From Candidatus Bathyarchaeia archaeon (GTDB lineage: Archaea > Thermoproteota > Bathyarchaeia > Bathyarchaeales > Bathycorpusculaceae): a stretch of 64,000 bases of DNA. The position numbers and the translations under genes were made by a program. The notes under the pieces are model-generated. The model saw only the letters and a list, made by a program, of their open reading frames with translations, was not told the origin of the DNA and searched no databases. Below are positions 31,101 through 40,588 of this stretch, one piece after another; position 1 is the stretch's first letter, and every line of letters starts with the position of its first letter. The stretch is from positions 64,001 through 128,000 of the forward strand of contig JBEKHN010000002.1 in the NCBI GenBank assembly GCA_050012255.1, in the 5' to 3' direction.

Positions 31101-31245
31101 TACTGGCTTCGGGGGCTTGTCCTTGAATGAATTTCCAGCGAATATTTTGCCTGTATCCCGTCAGCTCCTTGTGCTTTTCCTGAAGTTTTGAGACGAGAAG
31201 AAGGTAACCATCGTTGGATTTGTTGCTCATGACTGTTCGCTTCAC
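28168..31245 (-). CDS. GH38 alpha-mannosidase
   Basis: HAHIDMNWLW, WMPDTFGH, GVGDHGGG, NQFHDIL. Confidence 0.93.
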   Translation of the reverse strand: MKRTVMSNKSNDGYLLLVSKLQEKHKELTGYRQNIRWKFIQGQAPEASKHSFDDSTWETVSLPKTVDARIGDAWLRTRIAIPKQIAGIEVSGSVAKMFSSVILDKIEIYLDSEKIFSADYWADLGEYKILLDEKATPGKSHVVAIHLHPKYEPVGVPSFSISYSLVERTAFEIDSFIQELRFAKFLDEKLTQKACQDFRLEAFNGKPSALLEEINKARAKLTILSQKAKEFKVYLVAHAHIDMNWLWPWEDTLNTIKETFSTMVKLMDKYPDFCFSQSQAATYRAVEQEYPELFEAIRRHVKRGNWDITASMWTEADLNMVGTEALVRQFLEAKRYVKEKFGFEPKVCWMPDTFGHIWTLPQVASKAGLKYYYFMRCGKGHPIFWWQSPDGTRALAFTSVYNNSVTPKNIVDVAIDLHSRYGLKTSMFVYGVGDHGGGATIEDVEAAHEIQKKQVLPTIAFSSTHRFFEEVERQPSIKALPVINDELQFTFDGCYTTHSDIKRYNRLCERLLVDAERFAVLSGKYPRDYLRKAWLNMLFNQFHDILDGSGAPEGYVLPVKLAKEALRIADDILKGSVRALAERIKFSGNGIPIVVFNSLSWDRTDLVKIKVPKRAIPRNPIVVSAGGQEKSLVQVAGDEVLFLAKVPSIGYRVYYLVEGSCAEEDLTGLSASENSVENEFFRLEIEKNSGTITSLYDKASDRFVFKKDRFKSTTPVFSNLLQVLYELPHDMSAWIIGEISRTENLIRGAEVELIESGPVRASFKVTHKHSKSMITQRISLLKGIPRVDFETVIDWRMVSDDQTEAPMLKVSFTPILGDSKATFEIPFGYVERVADGTETPALRWVDLSDGEYGLSLLNDSKYGFDVKGNTVRMTLVRTSYSPDPKPDQRVHEIRYSVFPHKGGWKEALTFRKGYELNHPLETVMVARSSRSDGSDREIASFIQVKPNNVVVSCVKLAEESDDYIIRIYDASGKGAKAEILFGFHTKEAYETDLMEKKLAILKTQGNKLNLSLRPFDIRTVRIKRS

Positions 31246-31321
31246 GTTGTATCCTCTTTAATGTTGCCGTTTGAGAACGTGAAGAAGTTAACTCTTGCGA
31301 TTGGCGAGGCCAACGCCCTCG

Positions 31322-31403
31322 CTGTTCTCTTTTCTGTTGCATTGATGTTTGAAACTTGGATGAGGGTTTGAGTTCTACACTTGTTGGGGAATATTTATCA
31401 AGT
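31322..31403 (+). repeat. 82-bp direct repeat, copy 1
   Basis: 71/82 ungapped identity with 33038-33119. Confidence 0.9.
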
Positions 31404-31404
31404 A

Positions 31405-31598
31405 GCGCGCTGGCTTGTCCCCTAATTCGCTGATAGCGCGCGCGTGAGAGCATATACGTTTTGCATATACGTTTTGCATATACGTTTTGCATATATAGTT
31501 GGCGAGCATTGTTGAGAACGGTGAGGCTGTTCAAGTTGGATGCGGAGCTACGTGGCTGTTCAAGTGCGCACGGATAATGAAGGGACAAGGCAGCGCGC
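31405..31598. repeat. MITE-like unit with 17-bp inverted ends and internal 13-bp tandem repeats
   Basis: GCGCGCTGGCTTGTCCC (31405-31421) versus GGGACAAGGCAGCGCGC (31582-31598), 16/17; (CATATACGTTTTG)x3 at 31451-31489. Confidence 0.55.
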
Positions 31599-31958
31599 GA
31601 GCCATCAACGGTGCTATTAGATTGATCGTTGTTGAACATTTTTCGACGAAAAGAGTACAGTAACCAGCGTGACAAGCGGTCAACGGTGCTATCGGAGATC
31701 AACGCCTGGCTTCGAACTCTACGAAGGTGTCGAAGGTTTAGGTATAGTCTCTGACCTATCCTGCTACTACTGATGTAGCGCGTGCTTATTCAAGACCCTG
31801 GTGAGTTTAAAACAGCGCGAGGACGAGATGAAGTGTGCGCAACTATTCGGTGGTTTGAAAAGTTGAAAGAGGTCATTCAGTGCGAGCACTAGGAAAGGTT
31901 TTTCTCTAGTAGGCCATTGTACTTCTTTTTAACAGATTTCAATCTGAAGCTGGCATGA

Positions 31959-32819
31959 ATGAAAAGATCGCTTTTCATCGATATGTTGCGTATAATTGCC
32001 ATAACGCTGGTTGTAGTACAGCACATAATTTCCACCTCTTCGTTATCGCAACAATTGCAGCCCTTCTATTTCAGTTTGAACTTTTTCGACATTTTTCATG
32101 TTTACTATGGAAATATAGGCATCTGGTTGTTCATATTTGCAAGTGGTTGCTCTTTGGCTCTCAACTACCCAAACGTTGACACGATTGAAGCCTTGAAGAA
32201 CTTTTTCGCAAAAAGAGCGCTACGCATTTACCCCGCCTACTGGGCAGCAATACTTTTCAACATCACAATATTCAACGCGGTCATTCCGTCTCTTTCGCTC
32301 ATAGATATCGCAAAACTGGTTTCGGGGTTCCAAGCCTTCTTCGCGTCGACACTTGAGGACTTCTACGGAAAAGTCAACGGGACCTTTTGGTTCATAGGAG
32401 TAATAATTTCACTGTATTTGTTATATCCGATTGTTCTTAAGATGATTAGAAAACGTCCAAATGTGTCACTCTTCATATTGCTGATTATTGAGATCAGTAC
32501 TCGAATAATCTTCAGCCACATTCCCGGAATCGTCAGAGGATATGATTGGTTTCCTTTGTGTAGAATTTTCGATTTCGGCCTAGGAATATACGTTGTCCAA
32601 AGAAACCTCTTTTGGAAAGCTTCCAATCTTTCTGAACCTGTAACGTTTTTGGCAAATATTAGTTTCCCGATATATCTAGTACATATCCCACTGCTGGTTC
32701 TAGTTAACTATAACATCGCCCTTTTCTTGTTAGCACTTGTCGTAATCTCAGCAATGCTGTACACCTTTGACGTTGCGCTAAGACAACGAATTAAGAAAGC
32801 GTACCCTCAGATAGCATGA
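31959..32819 (+). CDS. acyltransferase-3 family membrane O-acyltransferase
   Basis: IDMLRIIA..H, FIFASG, KRALRIYPAYW, FWFI, SFPIYLVH. Confidence 0.9.
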   Translation: MKRSLFIDMLRIIAITLVVVQHIISTSSLSQQLQPFYFSLNFFDIFHVYYGNIGIWLFIFASGCSLALNYPNVDTIEALKNFFAKRALRIYPAYWAAILFNITIFNAVIPSLSLIDIAKLVSGFQAFFASTLEDFYGKVNGTFWFIGVIISLYLLYPIVLKMIRKRPNVSLFILLIIEISTRIIFSHIPGIVRGYDWFPLCRIFDFGLGIYVVQRNLFWKASNLSEPVTFLANISFPIYLVHIPLLVLVNYNIALFLLALVVISAMLYTFDVALRQRIKKAYPQIA

Positions 32820-33037
32820 TTCAAAATGCTCATTTCGGTTTTGCGTGGTGCCTTCTGTTGCAGTGCTTTCGTCCCACAGATAGACTTTTGAAAGGTTTGA
32901 GTGTTGAGCAAAAGGCAACGCTTTTACAAAACTTAAACGCGGGCTCTGCGGTGTCATGAATGCAACTGTGACACAGGGATTACAGAAATCTTCAGATCCT
33001 ATTTTTGGATCTTCAATGCAATTAGCGCACGCGCTCA

Positions 33038-33119
33038 CTGTTCCCTTTTCTGTTGCATTGGCGTATTAAACGTGGATCAGTGTTTGAGTTCTACACTTGT
33101 TGGGGAAGGTTTATTAAGT
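33038..33119 (+). repeat. 82-bp direct repeat, copy 2 (contains a TATA-like TTTATTAAG upstream of the next gene)
   Basis: matches 31322-31403, including a perfect 26-bp core. Confidence 0.9.
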
Positions 33120-33162
33120 CGCAAGATACACGTCACGAGCAAGGTTTAACGGTGAAACAAGA

Positions 33163-33597
33163 ATGAAAAAAACCATGCCTCCAAGAAACAAGAACAAGCC
33201 AAAAAGCAGGAACACACAGAATCCATGGGTTCACACAGAAGCTGTAAAAGTTCTGAGAACGGTAGGAGACCAAGAAGCTTTCTATTTCTACGAAGCTGTT
33301 GGAAAACCAACTGGCGAAGTTGCAAGAAACCTCTCTGATTTTCTCGATAGGGTCAAGTCTATCAAGTCAGAGAGCCTGATGTTCCATCTTCAGAGAAGAG
33401 ACTTTCAAAACTGGGTCGAGAAAATTCTCGGTGACTCCAAACTTTCGGAAGAACTAGACAGGCTTTCTCCTTTAAACAGCAATGACATCCGAGCGAAGAT
33501 TCACGAAACCGTCGAGAATCACGTGAGAGAACTAAGAGAATCATCTGCACAGATCTCGGTTGCCGAGAACGCCGTCGTCCTCCTGCCTTACCCTTAG
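33163..33597 (+). CDS. DUF5752-like protein
   Basis: AFYFY..G.PTG..A.NL..F, SLMFHLQRRDFQNWV..LGD. Confidence 0.75.
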   Translation: MKKTMPPRNKNKPKSRNTQNPWVHTEAVKVLRTVGDQEAFYFYEAVGKPTGEVARNLSDFLDRVKSIKSESLMFHLQRRDFQNWVEKILGDSKLSEELDRLSPLNSNDIRAKIHETVENHVRELRESSAQISVAENAVVLLPYP

Positions 33598-33791
33598 AAT
33601 TTGCCACTTTCTATATCGAGCCCATGCACAGGGCTCTTTTTTGTTGCATTAGTGTCTAGATTTCAGTTACTTCGCCGCCATTTCCCAAAAAATAGCGTTC
33701 CACAACTACTTTCGGGTCAGGATTCCTGCCCCGGTGATTTATCCTTCACCCAAAATGTCGCGGCGGTCTCTAGACGGATAAGCTGCACCTG

Positions 33792-35945
33792 TTATCGCCC
33801 ATTCAATAGTTCCAGCATAGTGAGAAAATCTGTTGTTGGCCGGTTGCAGACGTGGCTTCGGCACACAAACGCCGTTACCTTATCTCCCTCACCGTGCAGG
33901 CTCTCTGTGAATTTGGCAATGTCAGTTATTTCTTGAGACTTCTCGGCTGAGGAGCGGAGTATCACGACTTTTCTGGGAAGAAACTTGCTCCAAAGAGTTT
34001 GCAGCATCCTGGCCGTGTCTTCTTTCTGCGGGTCTCCCACAACTACTACTTCACTTGAGGGCCCCAGTGCGAAATCAAGGACGCTCATTAATTGGGTATG
34101 GGCAGAAGGATCCTTTATCACTTCAGTTGAGAAGGCACGCATCAACTGTGCTGCTTTCTCTTCAAACCGTGTTTCGCCCGTCATTCGCGCCAGGTAGATC
34201 AAATCCAAGACTGCAGCAGAATTGCCTGATGGATAGGCACAATCACAGATCTCTTTGCTTCTCACGATGGCTGTCTCCGAATAGTCGGCAGTCTGATAGA
34301 AGCCTCCAAGGTCTTTGTCCCAGAAGTGTGCAAGCATCCTGTCTGCTAGGTCGATGGCGTACCGGAGGTATTTCGTTTCAAAGACCGCTTCGTAGAGTTC
34401 TATGAGACCCCAAGTGAAGAAAGCGTAATCGTCCAAGAAACCGTCTATACTTGCTTCTCCTTCTCGGTAACGGTGAAGGAGCTTTCCTTCTGCGTCGCAT
34501 AAGTTTCCGATTATGAAGTCAGCGGCCTTTCTCGCTGCTGCCGAGTACTCAGGCCCATCGAAAACCTGGCTAGCCTTTGCCAATGCCACGATCATTAAGC
34601 CGTTCCAGTCAGTGAGAATCTTGTCATCTTTGCTTGGGTGAACGCGTTTCTGGCGAACGGCAAGAAGCTTTTGACGGGCTTCTTCGATTAGTTTCTGAAG
34701 TTTTTCTGGCGAAAAGTGCAAGTCCACTGCTAGTTCAGCGGGCGGTTTTCTCAGGTAGAGAACATTCTTTCCAGTCTCCTTGTCAGTTGTTGCTTCCACA
34801 AAGTTGCCTTCTTCTTCAGTGCCGAAGACCTTTTTAACGAGTTCCGCTTCGTCTTCAGGCAACGCTTGCCTGATTTCTCGTTCAGTCCAAAGGTAGAATT
34901 TTCCCTCCTCACCTTCGGTGTCAGCATCTTCAGCCGAATAGAAGCCGCCTGTTGGGTCGGTCATGTTGCGCAGGACGTATGCGATTACTTCGCGAGCTGT
35001 CTGCTTGTAATCTTCTTTTCCTGTCACCTGATAAGCCTCGGTGTAAGCTGTGACGAGCATTGCTTGGTCGTAGAGCATTTTCTCAAAGTGGGGGACACGC
35101 CATTTCGTATCTGTGGAATAGCGGTGAAAGCCGAAGCCTAAGTGGTCGTAGATGCCTCCCAGCCGCATGGCGTCGAGGGTTTTTTCAACTATTTGCAGGG
35201 CTTTGTCGTGTCGAGTTCGCTTCCAGTATCTTAGAAGGAAGCTCAGGTTGTGAGGTGAGGGAAATTTCGGTGCGTTCCCGAAGCCGCCGTTGCCTTCGTC
35301 AAAGTTCTCTGCAAGGGGCAAGTATGCTTCGTCCAAGGTAGATTCAGCAAGTTCTTCAGTTGGCTGCAGGCTTCTTGATTCATTTTCTCTCCCTTTGAGA
35401 AGCGCTGTGATCTTCTCTGCAGAGTCGATGAGCTCGTTTCTTTTCGACGCCCAGAGTTGCTTGATTTGCGGTACAAGTTGTTTCATTCCCAACTGCTCGA
35501 ACCTGTTTTCTCTAGGGATGTAGGTTGCAGCGAAGAACGGCTTCTTGTCAGCAGTCATGATTATGTGCAGAGGCCATCCGCCTGTTCCCGTGATCGCTTG
35601 GCAAACTTTCATGTAGGCAGCGTCCAAATCTGGCCTTTCTTCGCGGTCCACTTTTATGCATACAAAAGTGTCATTGAGCATTCTGGCGACTTCTGGGTCT
35701 TCAAACGATTCTCTCTCCATCACATGGCACCAGTGGCATGCTGAGTAGCCGATGGACAGGAAGACAGGTTTGTCTTCCGCGCCGGCCTTTCGAAAGGCTT
35801 CAGCACCCCAAGGATACCAATCCACCGGATTGTGGGCATGCTGCAAAAGGTAAGGGCTCTTCTCACAGATCAGCCTGTTAGACGTTGAATCCTTTCCAGA
35901 GGTCATCGTCAACATTACCCCTGTGTACTCAGAGCAGGAGTACAA
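33792..35945 (-). CDS. thioredoxin-domain protein, YyaL/DUF255 family
   Basis: [35 protein letters not shown]. Confidence 0.95.
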   Translation of the reverse strand: MYSCSEYTGVMLTMTSGKDSTSNRLICEKSPYLLQHAHNPVDWYPWGAEAFRKAGAEDKPVFLSIGYSACHWCHVMERESFEDPEVARMLNDTFVCIKVDREERPDLDAAYMKVCQAITGTGGWPLHIIMTADKKPFFAATYIPRENRFEQLGMKQLVPQIKQLWASKRNELIDSAEKITALLKGRENESRSLQPTEELAESTLDEAYLPLAENFDEGNGGFGNAPKFPSPHNLSFLLRYWKRTRHDKALQIVEKTLDAMRLGGIYDHLGFGFHRYSTDTKWRVPHFEKMLYDQAMLVTAYTEAYQVTGKEDYKQTAREVIAYVLRNMTDPTGGFYSAEDADTEGEEGKFYLWTEREIRQALPEDEAELVKKVFGTEEEGNFVEATTDKETGKNVLYLRKPPAELAVDLHFSPEKLQKLIEEARQKLLAVRQKRVHPSKDDKILTDWNGLMIVALAKASQVFDGPEYSAAARKAADFIIGNLCDAEGKLLHRYREGEASIDGFLDDYAFFTWGLIELYEAVFETKYLRYAIDLADRMLAHFWDKDLGGFYQTADYSETAIVRSKEICDCAYPSGNSAAVLDLIYLARMTGETRFEEKAAQLMRAFSTEVIKDPSAHTQLMSVLDFALGPSSEVVVVGDPQKEDTARMLQTLWSKFLPRKVVILRSSAEKSQEITDIAKFTESLHGEGDKVTAFVCRSHVCNRPTTDFLTMLELLNGR

Positions 35946-35951
35946 AATAAC

Positions 35952-37049
35952 TTATCCAGTAGGCGCGGTTTTGAGTAGTCTGTATGCTTGTTCCTCAATC
36001 TCGGCTATTTCCACCAAGCTGTTCGATGCTTCCTGCCTGTTCTGCTTCAGAGCTGCCTCACAAAGTTTCTTAATCTTCTCTCCGGATCGTCTGAAAAGAG
36101 CCGATGCCTCAGTCCAAACGTCTACGCCGTACTTGGCTCCTAAAACGTTGAGCACATCTGCTTGCCAGAACCGCATTCCATGACTGTTTTCGAAAGTCTT
36201 AGGTAGCAGCGGAGGGGTTGTCGCATAAGTGACCATATGTTCAAAGCACTTCTTGTTATCCCATTCAAGAATCTCATCGGCAAGCCTGCGCATCGCAGGG
36301 ATGCCAAACAGCTTCACAGGCGGGTTCAAGAACCGTTCAGCCTTGTAGCAGAAACCCTTCTCGGCAACTTCGAACTCAGACGGCAATCTTTCAGGAAAGT
36401 TAAACTTCCTTATCGTGTTTCTCTTACTCATCCCTAGTACGTTGACGTCCAAAGATTTCTCAAACTCATCGTATGGTACCCGCTGGACACCTTCACGGCT
36501 ACAATCATGCACGAAGACAAAGCGTTCCTCATCATCGTATCCAATGACGAGAACATAATGAATGGGAACGTGGAGTTTCTTGTAGAGATCTGGGTAGTAT
36601 CGCAGATAGTACATGTCAAGAGCTCCGGCCACAACGGGATGTCCATCGTCAATGAACTCTTTCAGCTTCGGAAACGTGTTCTTGAACGTCTTCCCCTCGA
36701 TCACAGTCTCTTCGAAACCAATTATTCTGGCGAGATCCTTCATCAGGTACTTGGGATTGGCACCCCAAAACACCATGCAGGGCGGGTCTGCCCTCTTGAA
36801 GCGAAGATAAGTAAAACCCGCCATACCACCAACAACAGAAAGCAAGAAATCAGTATAGCGCGCTCCCCTCCACGAAACGAGATCTTCCAGTCCGTTGACA
36901 TAGCATGTGGATTCACACACTCTATGTGGTAATGTGTGCAGCTTTTTCACACGACCCACCCAGTTCCATTGAGCAGAGGCTGAATAAGCCCAGGCCCAAA
37001 ATAAATAGCTACTGTGACAATCCTCAGCTACATAGTCATCCAAAAACAC
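35952..37049 (-). CDS. BtrH_N / papain-like peptidase domain protein (start probably near 36950)
   Basis: HRVCES Cys, HYVLVIGYD, FVHD. Confidence 0.7.
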   Translation of the reverse strand: MFLDDYVAEDCHSSYLFWAWAYSASAQWNWVGRVKKLHTLPHRVCESTCYVNGLEDLVSWRGARYTDFLLSVVGGMAGFTYLRFKRADPPCMVFWGANPKYLMKDLARIIGFEETVIEGKTFKNTFPKLKEFIDDGHPVVAGALDMYYLRYYPDLYKKLHVPIHYVLVIGYDDEERFVFVHDCSREGVQRVPYDEFEKSLDVNVLGMSKRNTIRKFNFPERLPSEFEVAEKGFCYKAERFLNPPVKLFGIPAMRRLADEILEWDNKKCFEHMVTYATTPPLLPKTFENSHGMRFWQADVLNVLGAKYGVDVWTEASALFRRSGEKIKKLCEAALKQNRQEASNSLVEIAEIEEQAYRLLKTAPTG

Positions 37050-37263
37050 CAGCCTGTTCCATTTCGTACGTCAGGTCAGAGTGCTGCTCGCCCAACCTTG
37101 TGTTGAAACAGGAAAATAGGGGAATTGCGGGAGCAAACGGTCATTAAACGACTGATATCTGAATTGAAGTTTCTTCCACAAGCCACAAAAAAGCCGCAAA
37201 GCAAAACTATGAAGTATGTGAGGTATTTGTCTGGGTAAGGAAGCGGGTCGTATAAAGATCACG

Positions 37264-37542
37264 GTGCTCAAACGGTTTGACACTAAAGAGGTATTCAAAG
37301 ATCCTCCAGTCAAGGCAAAGTATAGTGGTCCATGCTCCATCTTCAAGGAAGGACAGGTGTTCTATGTTGATGACAGCATGCCAAGCGGGTTTTGCCCTTA
37401 TGCTTGGGGCGCAATCTTCTTGGCAGTTATAACGCTCAAGTCAAATGGCAACTTCAGCGAGTGGTATGATGAACGTGGAGTTGCAGTAGGGTGCTGCACA
37501 GACGGATTAAGACCAGTGGTCTTCAAGCTAGAGCGAAAATAG
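37264..37542 (+). CDS. TIGR04076-like small Cys protein
   Basis: C..FKEGQ.F, GFCPYAW, CCTDGLRPVVFKLER. Confidence 0.85.
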   Translation: MLKRFDTKEVFKDPPVKAKYSGPCSIFKEGQVFYVDDSMPSGFCPYAWGAIFLAVITLKSNGNFSEWYDERGVAVGCCTDGLRPVVFKLERK

Positions 37543-37732
37543 CGCGCGCTTTCCAACTCCTCTCACTCATAGTCTCTCTTACAGACGCACAGATACACGC
37601 ATAGCGCGCGATTTCTGAAATAATGCAGAATTGGATGCAAGTTGAATTGATATGCACGATCAAATGCCAAAGAAGACTTGTCAACAAACTATATATGCCG
37701 ATTTCACCATCACAGGTCAGGGGAAAAGGAGA

Positions 37733-37814
37733 TTGTTAAGGAAAGCATTTTTCTGCAGTCATGTTCATCATGCTTCTGATGAGTGTGTTGACTGTGGCAT
37801 TCGACATCCAACCG
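37733..37814 (+). pseudogene. frameshifted relic of a surface-protein signal peptide
   Basis: MLRKAF/SAVMFIMLLMSVLTVAFDIQP parallels MKRKMVSTIALTLLLTSLLTLAFNIQP of the next gene. Confidence 0.55.
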
Positions 37815-37843
37815 TGCGCGTTAGTTGAATTGGAGAAGGGAGA

Positions 37844-40312
37844 ATGCTGTTTATGAAGAGAAAGATGGTTTCAACAATAGCGCTCACACTGCTGTTAACC
37901 AGCCTGTTGACATTGGCATTTAACATTCAACCGACTAAAGCAGAACCGCGAACATGGACTGTGGATGATGATGGACCAGCAGATTTTCACACAATACAAG
38001 AGGCCATGGACGCGTCAAGCGACGGAGACACGGTATTCGTGTACAACGGGACTTACTATGAAAATGTCGTTGTCAGGAGTAATGTTTCGCTTGTCGGAGA
38101 AAACCGTATCGGTACGATCATTGACGGAAATGCAAGCGCACACGATCTGTGGGCTCAGTCTGCGGTACGACTATGGACCAGTTCTAATGTGACTGGATTC
38201 ACAATACGAAATGGAGGCTTTGGTGTTGAAGATCAACGGGTTGTGGGTTTCTTTCCTGTATTTACTGGCAATAGAATAGAAGACAATCTGATCGTAAACA
38301 ATGTTGTCGGAGCTATTTTTCTGAGGGGCTGTGCAAACGATACCGTATCCAACAATGTCATAGCAAACAATGCGCTGTTCGGCATTCATCTGTGGAACGC
38401 CGGCAACAACACAATAACGAACAATACCGTGGTAGAAAATGGGTATGGCATTGACCTCTATGGCAACTGTTACGACAACACCCTAAGAAACAACAACATG
38501 ACCGATAACGATTACAATTTTGGGCTGATCCTGCTCGAACAGACATGGAACTGGATTTTTGGTTTGGGAGAGAAGCCTGGGCTCTACAACGACGTGGATG
38601 CCTCGAACACCGTCAACGGAAAGCCCATATACTACTGGGTAAACCGGAGAAATGAGCAGGTTCCATCAGACGCCGGATACGTTTGGTTGAACAATTGTAC
38701 AGGCATCACAATCGACGGGGTCAATCTGTCAGGCAATCTCCAAGGCATACTACTTCATTCTACAAACAACACATCAGTCAGAAATTGTACTATTGACAAT
38801 AATGTATGCGGCATATATCTATTGATAGGCAACAACAACACACTTGTTGGAAACACACTCAACGACAATTTGGAAGGCATTTACCCTGGTGATTTTTCAA
38901 TGTTCACAACCATGAGAAACAACAGTATTAGCGGTGGCCAAATGAACTTTGGCCTACCCCCGAAAACAATAAGTCGCTCGCCCAACATGGATCCGCTAGC
39001 TGAATTCCTGAATGACATCGACATGTCTAACACTGTTGATGGCAAGCCAATAATCTATTGGATAAATCAGCACGACCAAAAGGTTCCAACGGACGCTGGA
39101 TGCGTGATACTGATAAACTGCACAAACATATCGGTTGAGGATTTGAACCTGACGAAAAACGTTCAAGGCGTTCTTGCGGTAGCTTCAAACAACACGATCA
39201 TAGCAAACAACTCGATAAGTGACACCGTTTATGCTATTGATGCCAAAGGCTATCGCTACTTGTCGCGCGCGGACGATGAGTGGCTGTTCGTCGATTATAC
39301 TTCTTTCAACACCACGGTCAAGAGAAACATGATAGTTGATAACGGAGTGGGAATGCGGATCTCGAGCAACAGTAGCATCATAACAAACAATACGGTTTTG
39401 AGAGATCCACTTGGAATCTACCTCCCCGATGCATTCGGTAGCATCATCTCAGGGAATTTGGTGAATGGGAGCGACATCTGGTCTCTCATAGAAATGCATC
39501 GCTTTCCTGAATTGGCCCCCTTTTTCCCCGAGGAGGCTTGGGTGGAACTTTCACCCGAACTGAGAATGTTGGAAGTTGGAGCGATGATTTTGGGGGGCAG
39601 CTATAATCTTGTTCAAGACAACACCTTTGCTGACAGCTTTATCGGCATATCAACAGGCGCGATCTATGAATACGGCAGCGGTAACCTCATTTTCCACAAC
39701 AACTTGATCAATGATACGTCTCCCGCCGCGCAAGCGCCAGGGATCAACTTCTGGAACACCGCTTATCCTTCTGGCGGCAACTACTGGAGTAAGTACAACG
39801 GCACTGACTTCTACAGCGGTCCTTATCAGAACGAAACTGGAAGCGACGGCGTAGGCGACACTTCCTTCAGCGTTTTTGTAGGTAATATAGATCTTTATCC
39901 GCTTATGGCTCCATGTGGCACGTTTGATGCTGGAAGTTGGAATGAAACGGCCTGCAACGTTTACGTGGTGAGCAACTCTTCTGTTTCAGGCTTTCAGGCT
40001 GACATCACCCAGAAAACGCTGAGTTTCAACGTTACCGGCTCCGAGTCTACAGCCGGCTTCTCCAGAGTAGCCATCCCCAACATTATCGTTCAAGACTTGT
40101 GGCAGGGCAACTACACCGTTCTTCTGAACGGAGAGCCATGCCCATTCAGAAACTGGACAGACACCACGAACACATACATATACGTAAACTACACCCACTC
40201 ACAACACCAAATAACAATAGTACCAGAGTTTCCATCATTACTCATTCTACCACTATTTATGATAGTAACACTGCTTGCAGTCATAGCCTACAAAAGGAAA
40301 AAAAGCAAATAG
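37844..40312 (+). CDS. secreted NosD-type right-handed beta-helix surface protein with PEF-CTERM tail
   Basis: signal peptide, VDDDGPADF..IQEA, Asn-rich PbH1 repeats, GNYWS, and VPEFP + TM + basic tail. Confidence 0.9.
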   Translation: MLFMKRKMVSTIALTLLLTSLLTLAFNIQPTKAEPRTWTVDDDGPADFHTIQEAMDASSDGDTVFVYNGTYYENVVVRSNVSLVGENRIGTIIDGNASAHDLWAQSAVRLWTSSNVTGFTIRNGGFGVEDQRVVGFFPVFTGNRIEDNLIVNNVVGAIFLRGCANDTVSNNVIANNALFGIHLWNAGNNTITNNTVVENGYGIDLYGNCYDNTLRNNNMTDNDYNFGLILLEQTWNWIFGLGEKPGLYNDVDASNTVNGKPIYYWVNRRNEQVPSDAGYVWLNNCTGITIDGVNLSGNLQGILLHSTNNTSVRNCTIDNNVCGIYLLIGNNNTLVGNTLNDNLEGIYPGDFSMFTTMRNNSISGGQMNFGLPPKTISRSPNMDPLAEFLNDIDMSNTVDGKPIIYWINQHDQKVPTDAGCVILINCTNISVEDLNLTKNVQGVLAVASNNTIIANNSISDTVYAIDAKGYRYLSRADDEWLFVDYTSFNTTVKRNMIVDNGVGMRISSNSSIITNNTVLRDPLGIYLPDAFGSIISGNLVNGSDIWSLIEMHRFPELAPFFPEEAWVELSPELRMLEVGAMILGGSYNLVQDNTFADSFIGISTGAIYEYGSGNLIFHNNLINDTSPAAQAPGINFWNTAYPSGGNYWSKYNGTDFYSGPYQNETGSDGVGDTSFSVFVGNIDLYPLMAPCGTFDAGSWNETACNVYVVSNSSVSGFQADITQKTLSFNVTGSESTAGFSRVAIPNIIVQDLWQGNYTVLLNGEPCPFRNWTDTTNTYIYVNYTHSQHQITIVPEFPSLLILPLFMIVTLLAVIAYKRKKSK

Positions 40313-40588
40313 AGGATAGTTCCATAACAGTTTGTTAGACTTCAGCAAACATCAATAATGTTGGAAGTCACTCCTTAGATAGGGCTACTTCGGGAGAAGT
40401 GTCCACTTACGAACGCACAATTCGCTCTAGGTTGCCGTTAGAAGCTGAGAAAGAGAGAGTGGCAAAGCGCTAGTGTCTTCCGACCTTTTTCTCTGAAAAA
40501 CGCGCGGGCTATTGTTGTGAATTCTCCGTTGTATTGAAGTGCCTGCACCTAATTGGGGGCGGTGTTCTCACTGCTCGATTATGGATAT

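Noticed and set aside
31451-31495. Tandem repeats as a possible CRISPR array
   Set aside because: 13-bp units with no spacers and no cas genes; no CRISPR array was seen anywhere in the window.
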